A stretch of DNA of 63,995 bases, filler included, from Basidiobolus ranarum (Eukaryota): assembly GCA_040143965.1 (NCBI GenBank). It is 3 parts of 3 records of this genome, joined end to end, with 100 filler letters (N's around TTAATTAATTAA, not from the genome) between each part and the next. Parts side by side here need not be neighbours in the genome. Positions count along the whole stretch, not along the records: positions 46,374 to 63,995 come from JASJQH010007174.1; 2 more parts are not named here. The stretch is one strand, 5' to 3'. Below are positions 47,525 to 61,194 of the stretch, one piece after another. The notes beneath the pieces were generated by a model. The model was not told the origin of the DNA and ran no database searches. It saw only the letters and a list, made by a program, of their open reading frames with translations. The translations under genes were made by a program, and so were the position numbers. The stretch's first letter is position 1. Every line of letters starts with the position of its first letter.

Positions 47525-49677
47525 AATGAAGCAGCCAGTAACACATCCATAACTTAATAATTGGTTACTCGTTTGTTCATTTGGCTTACTAGTAGTGTTT
47601 ACGTCTATTAATTTACACCCTCCATTTATTTACCATTCACTCGAAAGAGTGCGTTTCGATTAATCATCATAATATATGCTTTTAATACCTCAAGAATGTA
47701 ATAAAGAAGTTGAAATGAACTGAATTCTTAGTTGCGAGACTGTGAGGATCATCGCGTGGATAAAACTTAGTGTTTATCTACGCGCCGATTCTATATAACT
47801 ATATAAGATGTAAACACAATGTACTTACTCTTTGGAAATGTTTGGATGATTTTACTTGGAATAAAGAATCGACGAACTCGGCAATGTATCCAATTTCATT
47901 ATTGATAAGCATTATTTGTAAATACTTTAACCGATTAGAGCCAGATAAAACTCAAACCAGGAAAACTTGAGTTACATGTAGTTACACTAAGAAGCCGTCT
48001 ACTAACCCTAAGCATGAGATAGTTGTTCTTCGGAAATTTACCTTTTCGGTTCATTAATGTCTATCTTTATCACAAACTGACAGGTATAGTCCTATCTTCC
48101 CAAAGCAAGCCGCAGCAGAATGGCTCTATGAGTATTTACGGTATTAAGGATTCAAATAATTCCCGGAATGGCCGGGATTATACATCAAATTTCATCCGCT
48201 TCGCTTTGGATAATGAAAGCCTACTGTTTATCTGACCAGCATTAAGAAACTCTTGGCAATATAGAAGAAATACAGATCAGATCCTTGTTTTCAGTTGTCG
48301 ACTTGGCTGGATACTTCTAGACACAAGATTACCCGCAGTATGAGCTCATCTATCTTTCCTCATCACTATAGATCGAAATAGAGCATCTATTTTCCCGCAA
48401 AAAAATGATGGGCTGGTGCACTCCGTCAGTGTTCAACATGGAAGCCGGCTTAACCCTAGCCTTCCACAGCTTAGATGATAATAAAAGCCTATGGCTAATC
48501 AAACCAGGGGATACCCTTGATATTTTTGGAGGAAATAACATGTATTTGACATACTCTCTCAGTAAACTCTTCGACTAATCGATACAATTTCATCCAGCTC
48601 TTAAACCTTCGATCTTGTTCGATGTCTCTTAGCATCTACGTTTCACCGTTGTGATTTGAGTTTCTTGAATATTTCTTTTTGAAGACAAGAGTTTTCACCC
48701 TTGGTCTGGTAGCATCTATGCTCCCAAATAATCTACTCTTTAAAAAGAACCATCTTGCCACCGTTCACTCCAAGGCTACGATTCTGATTATGGACGTAGA
48801 GTGCAAGGGTATGAAGATCCTTTCCAAACCCAATATCTGCTCCTACATGTGATAAACATGGAACCTCTCCAAGTCCCTCACATTACTCTTGTTTCTTGGA
48901 TTCAGTAGAGTTACTGGAGCTTTATCGCACAAAACGACGTGGTACTTGATTCCCTAGTCCCGTAACCTCGGAGATCTCGATCAACGAGTGAGAGGTATTT
49001 AAACCATTGACTGAATCCGTGATGAGACTGGCACCACATGGAGATACAATCTACCTCCGCCTACTCTTCCATTTCAAGACACTCGATTGGATACCACCGG
49101 AGATAGACAACTGGCAATTCTTCGAACCATATTGCTACCATAATCCTGGAAATATGTGATCTAAATCTTACCTATATTTTTCGATCATACAGATCAGAAC
49201 GAAGATTCATTGATTCTAATACAATTTCCAGATAAATAGGGCATAGAATTTAGCCCTTCAATATTTTGTCTGCAAATTTTTATAATGACATTAATTGGTT
49301 AAGGTCTATTTTTGCTATAAACCAGTCTCGAAATGAGTCAAACTTCGTGAACAAACCAATCATTGGCTACGGTATGGGATCAGAAACATATCATGGTGGA
49401 AAAGACATATTTTTAAACCAATGAATAGTTGCTGTATGTTTCAACACGATCAATCGAGGATCACAAGTGTTTTTTTCCTCCCCCAAAAGATATGTTTTTT
49501 TTCTTCAACCTTCATAGGTGGAGGCTTGGATTACTGTTGGGTTTTAGATTTGCTTAATTGGCAGCTACTTCACAGGTTATATACATACCTTACGAAGTGT
49601 TTTTGTAGCTACACTTCTTTCGTATCTTTGTCTACCACGGAAATTGTTCACTATATTATCACTTTAATTCCTCTAGA

Positions 49678-50643
49678 ATGACCGCCTCCAACTCTATTAA
49701 AGTACTGACGGGTAACTCTAACCCCGATTTGGCTGGTCGTGTAGCTAAGCGTTTGGGCATTGAGTTATGTAACGTAACTGTTGTTAAATTCTCCAACCAA
49801 GAGACTTCTGTGACTATTGGGGAGTCTGTTCGTGATGAAGACGTTTTCATTATCCAATCTGGTTGTGGCGAAATTAACGATAATCTTATGGAACTGTTAA
49901 TCATGATTAATGCCTGTAAAACTGCTTCTGCCCGTCGTATTACCGCAGTTATCCCCTGTTTCCCTTACGCTCGTCAGGATAAGAAGGATAAGTCACGCGC
50001 TCCTATCTCCGCTAAACTTATTGCAAACATGCTTACTGTTGCTGGAGCTAACCATGTGATTACTGTTGACTTACATGCTTCCCAAATTCAAGGATTCTTT
50101 GATATTCCAGTTGATAATTTGTTTGCCGAGCCACTCGTTTTGAAATACATTCGTAATGAAATTCCTGCTTTTAAGAATGCCGTTATCGTATCCCCTGATG
50201 CTGGTGGTGCTAAACGCGCCACTGCTATTGCAGATCATTTAGACCTTGAATTCGCGTTGATTCATAAAGAACGTAAGAAGGCCAATGAAGTCTCTCGTAT
50301 GGTATTGGTTGGTGATGTAAGAGGCAAAGTAGGCATTCTTGTGGATGATATGGCTGATACATGCGGTACCCTTGGCCTTGCTGCTAAAACATTGATTGAT
50401 AATGGAGCTACACAGGTATATGCTATTGTCACTCATGGGGTACTTTCTGGTAAAGCACTTAAGGTGATTAATGAGTCAGTGTTGGAGAAAGAAGTGGTGA
50501 CCAACACCATCCCACACGAAGACAAGAAACAAGTATGTAAAAAGATCGAAACTATCGACGTCTCCGCCACTTTAGCCGAGGCTATTAGAAGAACTCACAA
50601 TGGTGAATCAGTATCTTACTTATTCCACAGCGTTCCAGAGTAA
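49678..50643 (+). CDS. PRS: Ribose-phosphate pyrophosphokinase (PRPP synthetase, PRS2/PRS4-like)
   Basis: [75 protein letters not shown]. Confidence 0.97.
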   Translation: MTASNSIKVLTGNSNPDLAGRVAKRLGIELCNVTVVKFSNQETSVTIGESVRDEDVFIIQSGCGEINDNLMELLIMINACKTASARRITAVIPCFPYARQDKKDKSRAPISAKLIANMLTVAGANHVITVDLHASQIQGFFDIPVDNLFAEPLVLKYIRNEIPAFKNAVIVSPDAGGAKRATAIADHLDLEFALIHKERKKANEVSRMVLVGDVRGKVGILVDDMADTCGTLGLAAKTLIDNGATQVYAIVTHGVLSGKALKVINESVLEKEVVTNTIPHEDKKQVCKKIETIDVSATLAEAIRRTHNGESVSYLFHSVPE

Positions 50644-50977
50644 ATTTGGGAATCATTCATGCATTTAATGTTACCACCTTGTGTTTGTCTCTCTACTCTA
50701 CCTACACCCACCCAAATGGTTAAACTTGTTTCATAATTTCCATCGATTTATCTTTGTCACTTCATTTCTAAAATGCGATCAGTAAATATCAATAATGAGC
50801 CCATTCATTAAATAGGATAATTTTGATTTGAGCTCAGGCTTGAGAAGCATTCTTGCACTCCAAATACCTTTTCTCGTATTATTATTGATTAGGATACATC
50901 TAAACAAAATTTACATTCAATAAATTAAATATCTAAGATTGCATGTAGTAAGAGAAGTTTCAAGTGTCATGGATATG

Positions 50978-52709
50978 CTAGCATGAGTTTGTTGACTGAC
51001 TGATATTCGAAGAGACTAGATACTTTCTAACCGATTTTAAGATCACTTCCGGAATTTCTTCTTCGTTGGAATTAGTGTGTTCGTCTTCTAGCCATGGCTC
51101 AAGTGCCAGGCCTCCAAGTTTCCTCCACGTTCTTAAGCCAAGAAGACTCGGTTCAGCCTTGTGATCCACCTCTTCGACAGCCACTCCATTCCGTTGGGAT
51201 TTCCAGAGGATATCGGTCATTATGTGGATAAATGCCACCAAGTAGGTCATGGCACCGATGAATACCGCTTGGAGATGATGGATGAATGTTGGTTTCACGT
51301 ATTTCCTTAACGTAGTCATTGGAGTCTCGTAATTTGGTCGGCAAGGTGTGACAGTTCTATTGGGAAGGATGCAATAAGCTGAGCCACGCCATTCTACCCT
51401 GGATCCAGACATGGCATAGGCCCAAAGTGGGAAAGCAGCTATTTCACGTAGACTCCAGGCCATAACAAAGTCCTGAATATTCCTAATCGGTTTTTTCATT
51501 AGAACTTGAAAGTTGTTAAGATCATTCAAGAACCAAAAGATCATGTGGAAAGCAAAGAAGCTTAAGGGATGGATTTTCCACAAAAGGTGAAACCCATAAG
51601 AAGCCAACAAACCACACACAATTGATTCAGTAAATGGTTCTACCAGAGTGGCGGTGGTTACCATGTATTTACGGAGGCGGATCCATCGAGCACGACGTTT
51701 AAAATAATCGACGGTCTTCATAGAGCCTAAGGATTGGTAAGCCAGATCCTGGGTCATTTCATGCTTGTAACCCATGTCCCAGATGGCTTGAGCGATCTCG
51801 TTATCCTCAGCAAGATACTTTTTAAACGCCGACAGTCCACCCACACGCTCCAAGACACTCTTGCGAAACATGTTGGATTTCCCGACCACGCAGCTATCGA
51901 TGGAAGCAAAATTAATGGCGTTGTACATCTTGGCATGTGCCGTGTTCAGGAACATCAACTCTAACTCGGAACCAAATGAATTTGGCTTTACTCCGAACGG
52001 TGCATGATGAACCAATCCGACTTTTGGCTTAGTTAGTTTGTCTACTGAGCGACCAAGACAACCCGAATGGGTGAATATATTCGAATCAAGAATCCAAATG
52101 ATATCATATTTAGCCGAGTTGTATCCTCGAATCAAATTGTTGATCTTTGGGTTCACTCCGATTAAAGATTCACCTATTCCATTATAAATTGTGTTCAGTT
52201 GACATTGAAAAGGGTTGTATAGGAGCCGCATCTTTACCAATAATCAATCGAGTGTCAACTTGTGGATGTTGAGCAATAACCTCTTTCACGATATCGATGG
52301 CGGGGTCGTCAGCTGTAGCTACGCTGAAAATCACCTCGAATAGAGGGTAGTCTTGCTTCAAACTAGAGGCGAGATTCTTTCTCATTCCATAGTCGACCCC
52401 TTTGATTGGGCGTAGAATTGATACACCCTTGGCTTGGCTGGGCGACAGGCGCGAGGATATGGATGGCTTTGGTTCCACATAGCGAAAGCGGCTAAGAGAT
52501 ACATTTTAAAAGAATGTTCTTGATACAAGGACACGAAAATAGACCCACCATATTAAATAGCCTAGTACCGATAACACAACCATAAATACCCACCACGCAA
52601 TCGTCAGCCACATAAAGAAGAGCTGAGTAGTGGAATATGAGGCCAAGTGTACGTAAGCAGAGCTCGACGTAGTTGCCGCTTCGAAGGAGTCAAGTTCCCC
52701 AAGAAGCAT
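50978..52709 (-). CDS. GCS1: Ceramide glucosyltransferase (glucosylceramide synthase, GT21), 3 exons
   Basis: Exons 52709-52549, 52491-52238 and 52173-50978. N-terminal TM segment, VSILRPIKGVD, DDPA, GVNPKINNL, WILDSN, VGKS, LAED, RRARWIR, EPFTES, VEWRG. Confidence 0.93.
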
Positions 52710-54314
52710 TAAAGCGAGTTGAACTTTTAGTGGTTAGTATGAGAGTAACACAAGATTGTTTACAATAAGAATTGAAGGGAACACTAAATTTTAGGAAGTA
52801 GTACAAGCGCTAGGAGACCAAATAATAAAATCATATTTGTGACCAGCAGCCTCGATGGTTTTAAGCTCACGAAAAGGTCTCCATCAGAATTCGTGATTTT
52901 CCATTTTAGATGATTTAATGAAGCAGTTTTAGAATCACCCATGTTCAACTGAGCTAAGAATCTAGCTATTAGGCTCACGAAGGTACATGAAAGAAAATGG
53001 GGAAATTTAAGCCCGATCATTGTTTTTTTACGTATGAGTTTCTTCCTTTTTTGAGTACCGTAAGGGGTGCTGGTGCACTATATAGGGGACTATAACGTAA
53101 AGTACTGTGATAATATCCGCTATTGTGTGTTTAAAGTATTGCTACGCAATTCATCGAACAAGCAGAGTTTGAATAGTAGGCATGTTGCTTGGTAATGAAG
53201 TTTTAATATATTACTAATATATGAATTGATTTATCATCCGGTGATACGAATTCAAATGAGTCTTTACGTAATAGAGTCATATTGTGGCCAAGAAATGTGT
53301 ATTTATTTGTTAGGTATCGTACGGAAACAATTGTGTTCTTTTCTACCAGTCTTCTGTGGCTCATCCTCAAAGAAAAATGGTTGAAATTTCTGTGACACCG
53401 GTGTTATCTAGTCCTCGGAGATTTCTTAGCCTTGGCTCTGGTAACTGAACTAGAGGTAAATACCGAATCAGACTAAGCGGAGTAGGGACAGGACTTTCCC
53501 CACCAACGTTGTTCCAAACGTTTGCATTCAACAACTGGATCTTTGTTTCGAATTTCCTGGTTTGACTTGTCTTCATATACAAAATAGCTTAGATACATTT
53601 AATTCCCTTGAGCGTATAAATACAACAGTAGGAATGGTTGATACTGAACGTATAAATGGTGATAGTTATCATGATGTCCATATTGACGTGGTTTTGTTGT
53701 CTACGCCGACTAAACTGATGTCGCGTCACTTGGTGTGCTGTGAGTTTATTCCCCAACCAAGCAAATCACATCAGGACCTGAGCAGGTAGATTCAAATGAA
53801 AATTATTCATACTCTCTAAGCTCAACTCTGCAACACCCCCTTCCTCCTCACTTGAAACCTACCAACCAAATAAGCGTAGGTAACATTGTATCCATTAGGT
53901 GGATCGATAGTGAATTCCTCTAATCTTGAGTAGGTGCTATTTTACAAGTTGGCAGATCTTCAAATTGTTAGCATTGTATTATTTGTTAGATTGCCATAGA
54001 TAAATGAATGATTGCTACTACATATCATCACATGTGAATATGTAACAACTCAGTGATAGGAGCATTAATGAGAAAGAGAGGTAAATATTAATATTAGATC
54101 AGCTCCAATAATGCTTTGAGAGTTGTGTAGATTTATATTGAGATAATATAGTAGATTGCATTAAATTATCCAAAGAGGTTGACACTATGTAAACCAATGA
54201 AGCTGTGTAGAAACAAAATAAAGGAAGAATATAAATAATGAAAGATAGAAAGAGGCAACTTGGAAATATGTTATCAGATATAGCTCTTGACGCTATGAAA
54301 ATATCGTATTTCCT

Positions 54315-55491
54315 CTATAATAAACTATCCATTCTACTCATAACATCTAAAGTTGCTGCAACTGCTTCTAGACTTCCTTTAGAGCAACCACATTCTTCAC
54401 ATGCTTCATATAAACTCTTCGCACCTCCAACGGCCGGCCAGACTCCGAACATACCAAAATAGTCCTCTACTTTTTCAAAGCATTTCTCTCTCTCCTCTAG
54501 ATCCATGGCCCATAGTGCGTTTTCCAATACATTAGCTGCATATGAACTGCATATCAATGCGATCGTGCGAAGTTGTAGTAATGGTTTGAAGCTCTCATCT
54601 AGGCGATTGACATTTGTGGTAGTAAGCGCTCTATCGGATTTCATTAAGAGTGAGGTGGAGACTCTTTTAACAATCTCCTCTTTGGTTTTAGAGTCACTGA
54701 CTGGATGAGTAGCCATATCGAAAATGAAAAAACTTCTTTTTTCTGTGCGCAAGACTCCTTTGTCTACCAATCCCTTAGCAAGACGCTCACGCACTTGTTT
54801 CAATTGATAGTTTACTTTAGTCAAGTTCCATGTTTCTCCTAACAGTGAGAAAGATCAGAATTAATATAAGATACAGTGAAAGTTCATAGAATATTAAAGC
54901 AAATAACTCATTGACTTTACCACTCATGTAATCAATCCAATTGTTAACACTGAGTTGTTCTTCGGAGCTTTTCATCAATTTGATGGCTTCATCTAAGAGA
55001 ACTTCACCAGTTAAACTTGAATCAACAAGCTCAACAAGCCTGTCATTTAGCCGAGTAAAACTGTAAGTAGCATCTTTTACGATGGAAATTCTATTGCGCA
55101 AAGCCAGTTCTAACATAATACAGCCGCGTAAAGCGTAACTGATGTTGTCGTTCCAAAACGAGAGGTATCCCTGTAACGATGATATCAGTGGACGAAATCG
55201 AAATAAATAAGAGTCGATAGAGGATCTTTAGTTAGTGAGGGTACAAACGAACATTACTTTAGTACATAAAAATCATACCTGCTTATCTTTTAGCCCCATC
55301 AACAACACTTCTTCCATCAGGGTTAGTTTAGGTGAAATGTCATCAAAGTCTTGTCCACTTTTAGGAGTAACTATGGGATTAGTAGATTGGGACCGATTGG
55401 TCGGTTGTGAAGTCTCCTCTGCATGATCACCCGAAAAACTAGTGTTATTTCCTGCGACGCGACGACGTTGTAAACCACCGGTAGAAGTCAT
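54315..55491 (-). CDS. VPS74: Vps74/GOLPH3 Golgi PI4P-binding protein (GPP34), 3 exons
   Basis: Exons 55491-55279, 55170-54921 and 54838-54315. GLQRRR coatomer motif, [59 protein letters not shown]. Confidence 0.96.
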
Positions 55492-56720
55492 TTTTAAATA
55501 TCGAACTTTGAAAATGAATTTTACAACCGAATTTTATCTAATATAATATCAGTACGTAAGTATGTGAAAAGATATGAATTCTTGGTATGTAAAAGTATTA
55601 CAAAAAAACCAACTACGACTTGTTTTCTTTTGAGAAAAGTGGAACTCGCAAACACTCGGAGAGACCTGGAAATTTGGGGTATCCTAGCTTGGGGGATTTT
55701 TTGAAATTCAGAATCAACTCAGTTAAAACTATGAGCTAGTACGATCTTATCAACAAAGCTGAGTTGTATTCGATAACCCAGGTATTCTCTCCACATTGGT
55801 CAATGCTTATTTTGAAGCAATGGGAATTTCGAGGGCATGGTAAAAGTATTTGCTGAGATCAAGATCATTGGCTAAAGCCTCTCATAATAGTAGGTCTAGA
55901 ATGGATCCTAAAACGAAGGTGAAGACGAAGGTTGAGAACAACAAATGCGCCCGTTAATTTACTGCACTAGCTCTATCGCGGGCTACTGTAGTCGAGACAT
56001 CCTATCTGATTGCCTCAAGTGACTCGATAGCGAACTACAGAGTCGCTCCGGCCACAGAAACTTGCGCACTGAAGGGTTGGGATCCAGCTCATACAACGGG
56101 GCCAATCTGGTAGTACGTATGAGATACAACACCATGAGTTGTCCAACACAGCATACAGTCGAGAAATCGGTGTGCAAAAATTTGTAAACAAATCTGGAAA
56201 CCTGTCATTAATAGCTGACCAATTACGAGGGCATTTGCGTCCATGCAAATTATTTATATATGTTCCGCATTCGTATTCATTTCAGGGAACTATTTATGAT
56301 TTTGACATTAAAACACATATACCAATGAAATTACCTGGAGTACATCTGCGCTGCACAGTTATTAATGTGTATCCAGAAATATATGGGAATTTCACAGAAA
56401 GACCCCTTTTGTATCTATTCGGGGGTTGAAAGTGCTGATATCTGAATTTGATGTCGGTCTTGCATCTTTATCCTGTTTAGTCCTCATCAATTATTCAGTT
56501 TTTTGTACACCAGTCTCGTTTCTAAGTTTGAATTCTTCATACACAGAGCAGTGGGGGATTTTTTCAATAGAATTTTTGTACGAACTTCATAGTATTCTCT
56601 TCAATTCATTTATTATCTCCTATAATCCCGTGCCGACTTTGATCACTTACAATTCTGTGACGCTGAAGTATTGATATTTACTTTTCCTCTTTGGAGAGTG
56701 ACAAAATATACACACCAAAT

Positions 56721-59700
56721 ATGACTATTGAGTCAAAATGGACGGGTAAACCTGAAGATGCTCGACCATTGAGTTCTGTTCCTAGTACGATTTCTCCGAA
56801 CGAAAATATCCTAGCTTCAAGTTTGCCTTCAGTGAAGTCTCAGATCCAACAATGGTCAAAAATGAATATTGTATCGGATAAGCCTAATCCTTCAGCGGAT
56901 TCTTCAACTACCACGGCTATTTCGAAACCAACGAATGTACCGAAGCCCCCATCAGAGTTCACAAAAATATTACCTTCTAGCCTTACTTCAACCAAAGAGC
57001 AGAAATCCTGGGTAAAATTCGGTGAAAATCCTTCCGTTAATGATCCAACCTTTAAAAATCCTCCATTTCCTGGAAAAACTTTTGAGAAAGCTTCAAATAC
57101 TATTGCTTCATTCAACTCAAACGCCGAACCTGTTGTTTCAACACAATCTCCATCCAAGCACCCCATCGTTGTACCAAACATAACCAGATCTATACCCATT
57201 CCTATCAAAGCTCAGAACAACCCGCCTGTCAATGTAAAGCAAGATAACTCTTTAGAAGAAAATACAGAACAGGAAGAAGGAAGGAGGATTCCTGGTCGTA
57301 TTAGTTCACCTTTTATTGATGCCGATTCAGTACAAGTAGCTGGGACTCCCTCCCCGAGCACTACTGCACCAGCTATCATAAAGAAAACATTTCCTGATAG
57401 TATGCCTATTGGCAAAATTGGTAATCCGACAAATCATATTGCTAGCAGGGTAGCACAACCGAATCTTACACAAAGTCAGAACGTAATAACTCAAAATCGA
57501 GAACTTCAAGAGACAACTCCAGTTGCCGATCCCTTCTCTGATGATCAGGCGTTTACCGATACATCCACCCAAAGACTTGGTATGGCATCAAGGATGGATA
57601 TATCTCCTCCCGAAGCTTCGATTCAAGTACCACCAAGGCCGTCTTCTAAAATACGACCTATTCCTATACATTCAAAGAATGCCCATCCTTCATTAATACC
57701 GCGTTCTACCTCAGGTGACCAGGAAACTCCGCAATTAGCAAGAGGACCCACACAGCTTGATAACCGACCAGTTGTACCTCACCGTTCCGTGCCTGATGAA
57801 AATATCCTGAATAGTATTGAGAATAGTGGAGTTAAAGTTCCTTTTCGTCCGGCTCATACTCTTCCAGCACATCCAGAGTCATATATTGAGGAGTTAAGGA
57901 TAAAAGATCCACCTTATACAAACACTACTCAAAGTAATGCCAATTTTAGCATCGAGAGTGACTCTAAGCCGGCAGTACCTTATCGCCCCAACAATATATT
58001 ACCAAGAAGGCCTGCACCATCCGATGAAGGCAACGATCCAAAATTTAAGCCTTTGCTACCAGCTCGTTCTACTACTGTTTCCCAGCAGGACTATATAGCT
58101 AAGGATCCTTACAAAAGCGATGATACCGACCACTATGCACATCGTTCTAAATCCATATCTGGGAAGAATGTCCCACGTTCCAGTGCACCGGTTGAGATAC
58201 AACGCAAGGGGACTCTCTCGGCACGCACTGTACCTAGTCCTCCTGCGCCTTCAAACATAAACAGTAGAGATCTTGATATTGCTAATAGGGCTCCTGTAGT
58301 GCCCAGAAAAAATGTTCCCGTCCCAAGTATGCCTCAAGGTGAATATGATCAAAGGCCAGTTCCACCACAGAGGCCAATACCTGGTTCACATCCACCAAAG
58401 CCTAACCTTGCCAATCGACCTAATATCCCAAAGATGAATATTTTAGTTTCCCCTGAATACAAGCCTGATCCGGTTGCATCGGAAACATTGAGCCCTCAAA
58501 GTATGGGCTCGACTGGAGTAATGCCACCTGTGCTTCCTCCTAAACCAGTGTTGCCACAAAAGTGGGCAAATAGTAACCTCGGCCAGTACACTGCATCTGA
58601 TATGAGCCCGCCCTCTGATCCACCTGAATTTGCACCGCCTTCTCGTACAAACACCACAGATTCCGATTCTAACTCGGATGATGCAAACTATGATCCAAGC
58701 TACTCACTTCAACAACCACTCTTCCCAGATCAAACATATACCAATAGAAGGGCGCCTGAGCTTTCAGAAAACTCCAAAAATCACATGGTGAGACTTCAAC
58801 ACAAAAATGCACCCAAACGGTTTAGTATCGCTGGACATGTTGTAATCACTGGACACGTAGCCATCAAAATGTGGAGTGTGAAACACCAGGAAGCACATAC
58901 CATTTGCCATGAAGACGGCAAAGTTAGTGCCATCACACCATGCCCCTCACCTGTTGTTGATGAAGAGGGAAGACGCTTTTGGTGTGGATTACTGGATGGT
59001 ACATTGATAGAGATTGATACAGAAACACGTAAAGTTACAAATCGAATCTCTTCGGCACATAACGCGCCGGTAACACACATCTTAAGATATAAGTTCCAAC
59101 TTTGGACTATGGATGACAATGGAATAGTGAAGATGTGGACACCAGATGGAAACAAACTTTCGTTTTTCCGAAAACCCATCACCATACAAATAGCCAAGAG
59201 GCAACAAGTTGCCATGATCGTAAGAAACCAACTGTGGACAGCTAGAGAGAAAAACCTGTATATATATGAATACGTGGAGAATACCAAATCTTTACAGCAG
59301 GTCGTATCTCTCGACATTGGCCCTGATGTTGGGAATATTACCTGTTTGACTAAAAATAGAGAAGGAACTTTAGTTTATACTGGCCATATGGATGGTAAAG
59401 TGATGATTTGGGACACGATGTCTCATGATTGCGTACGAGTTGTGCCAGTGTCTAATTATCGAATTTGCTCGTTGCTTTGTGTGCGGGAAAAGTATCTTTG
59501 GACTGGGTTTGCTACCGGACGCATCTACATTTACGATATCAGTTACGACCATTGGATTGTCGTAAAGAGTTGGGATGCTCATCGTTCATCACCAGTGAAC
59601 CAGATCAAACTGAATACGTCGTCAATATTTTTGGCAGGAGAAGTCCAGATCGCTAGTTTTGCAGAAGACGGCGGAGTAAAAATATGGGATGGAATGCTGA

Positions 59701-61194
59701 CTAGTGATTGGAAAGGTATAACTATGCTTCTGTTGCAAACTCTATTCTTTCAACTGTACTAATTCTGAGTTATTGAACCCAATTAGAAAAGGAAATGTTG
59801 ATGCGGGATACGGAATTCTGTCAATTCCGAGATATTAAGGTGCTTATCTGCTCCTGGAATATCGATGCTCGTAAACCTGAAGACCGTGGAAAATACGATA
59901 CTCACACGTTAGAGACGTGGCTTTCTACCACTCAAGATCCTGAGGTTATTGTAGTTGGTTTCCAGGAGACTGTAGATCTGGAATCGAAAAAAGTGACAGC
60001 CAGTAAGTGACCATACAATATAGTTTAGCTTCAAATGACTCCGTATTTGTGTCAATGTTAACGCGAAGTTTACAATCCAGAATCTATTCTCAAATTCAAA
60101 AACAAGAAAAACAATGGCGAAGAGCAATGGACCCATAGATACAAGCTCTGGCAAGATAGGTTGACTGAAGCTGTGGAGAAGGCTGGCCACAAATCCAAAT
60201 ACAAGCTAATCCAATGTCAGAACCTAATTGGATTGTTCACCTGTATCTTTGTTAAAGCCAGTGAAGAAAACAAAATCAAATGCGTAACCGCTGGTAAAGT
60301 GAAAACCGGCTTTGGCGGCTTGCATGGAAACAAGGTACAATATGGAATCACTAGGCCTCTTTACTGATTTTAGGTCTAATACAATTACTCATGAATATGT
60401 AGGGTGGAATCGCAGTCCGTTTTCTGTACGAAGACTCGTCACTTTGCTTTATTAACTGTCACTTAGCCGCTGGTCAAGGTCATGTGCTACAGCGCAACAA
60501 TGATGCAGCGACAATCCTTCAAACATCGATATTCGAACCCATTAATGGTTACAAATTTGTTTTCGTCAAAGGTGGTAATGGTACTCTGATTACAGATCAT
60601 GGTCTCTGTTTCTGGTCAGGTGATTTGAATTATCGTATTGATTTGCCTAGGACGACGGTAGAAGAGCTTATCAAAGAAGAAAAATGGGATGCTCTCTATG
60701 AGAATGATCAGCTACACCGTGAACAGTCCGAAAATCTAGCTTTCATGCTTCGATCATTTACGGAAGGGCCCATCAAGTTCGCACCCACCTACAAATACGA
60801 CCCTTACACCGAAAACTACGATACTTCGGAGAAACAGCGCATTCCAGCGTGGTGTGACCGTATATTGTACCGAGGTGAACGAATACAGCAGCACAGCTAT
60901 CAGCGACACGAAATGACCAACTCAGACCACAGACCAATCAGCGCTGTCTTTACCGCAACCATCAAAACAGTACTTGGAATGAACCATGTACAAAGAGTTC
61001 AGAACGAAGTTGAAGCAGCCTGGGCCAACCACATGGAAAAGATTCTTCATCGTGGTATAGAAGACTGGCTAGTCGCATGCGGCTACCCGCGAGAAACTGT
61101 AAAACAAGTACTTGAAAGGGACCGTGATATCTATAGAGCATCTAGTTTCCTACGTTCTCAATTCCCATGGCCCGACTCGGACCCCCAATACTGA
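56721..61194 (+). CDS. Inositol polyphosphate 5-phosphatase with Pro-rich N-terminus, WD40-like repeats and a C-terminal UBA-like tail, 4 exons
   Basis: Exons 56721-59715, 59787-60002, 60081-60334 and 60403-61194. Motifs SWNI, VGFQE, GNKGG, NCHLAAG, FWSGDLNYRI, PTYKYD, PAWCDRILY and SDHRPI; WD-like segments GHMDGKVMIWD and DGGVKIWD. The 5' end is less certain. Confidence 0.93.

Noticed and set aside
47770..49150. Short ORFs between the ABCG gene and PRS as a possible pseudogene
   Set aside because: Frequent stops, and no family motif or consistent splice path recognised.
23257..50643. Apparent PRPP/nucleotide salvage cluster (APRT, Pof1-like, PRS)
   Set aside because: PRS lies across an artificial spacer, and APRT and Pof1 are 11 kb apart with unrelated genes between them.
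7264..61194. Apparent inositol-phosphate cluster (VIP1 and the 5-phosphatase)
   Set aside because: They are on different assembly pieces separated by two spacers.
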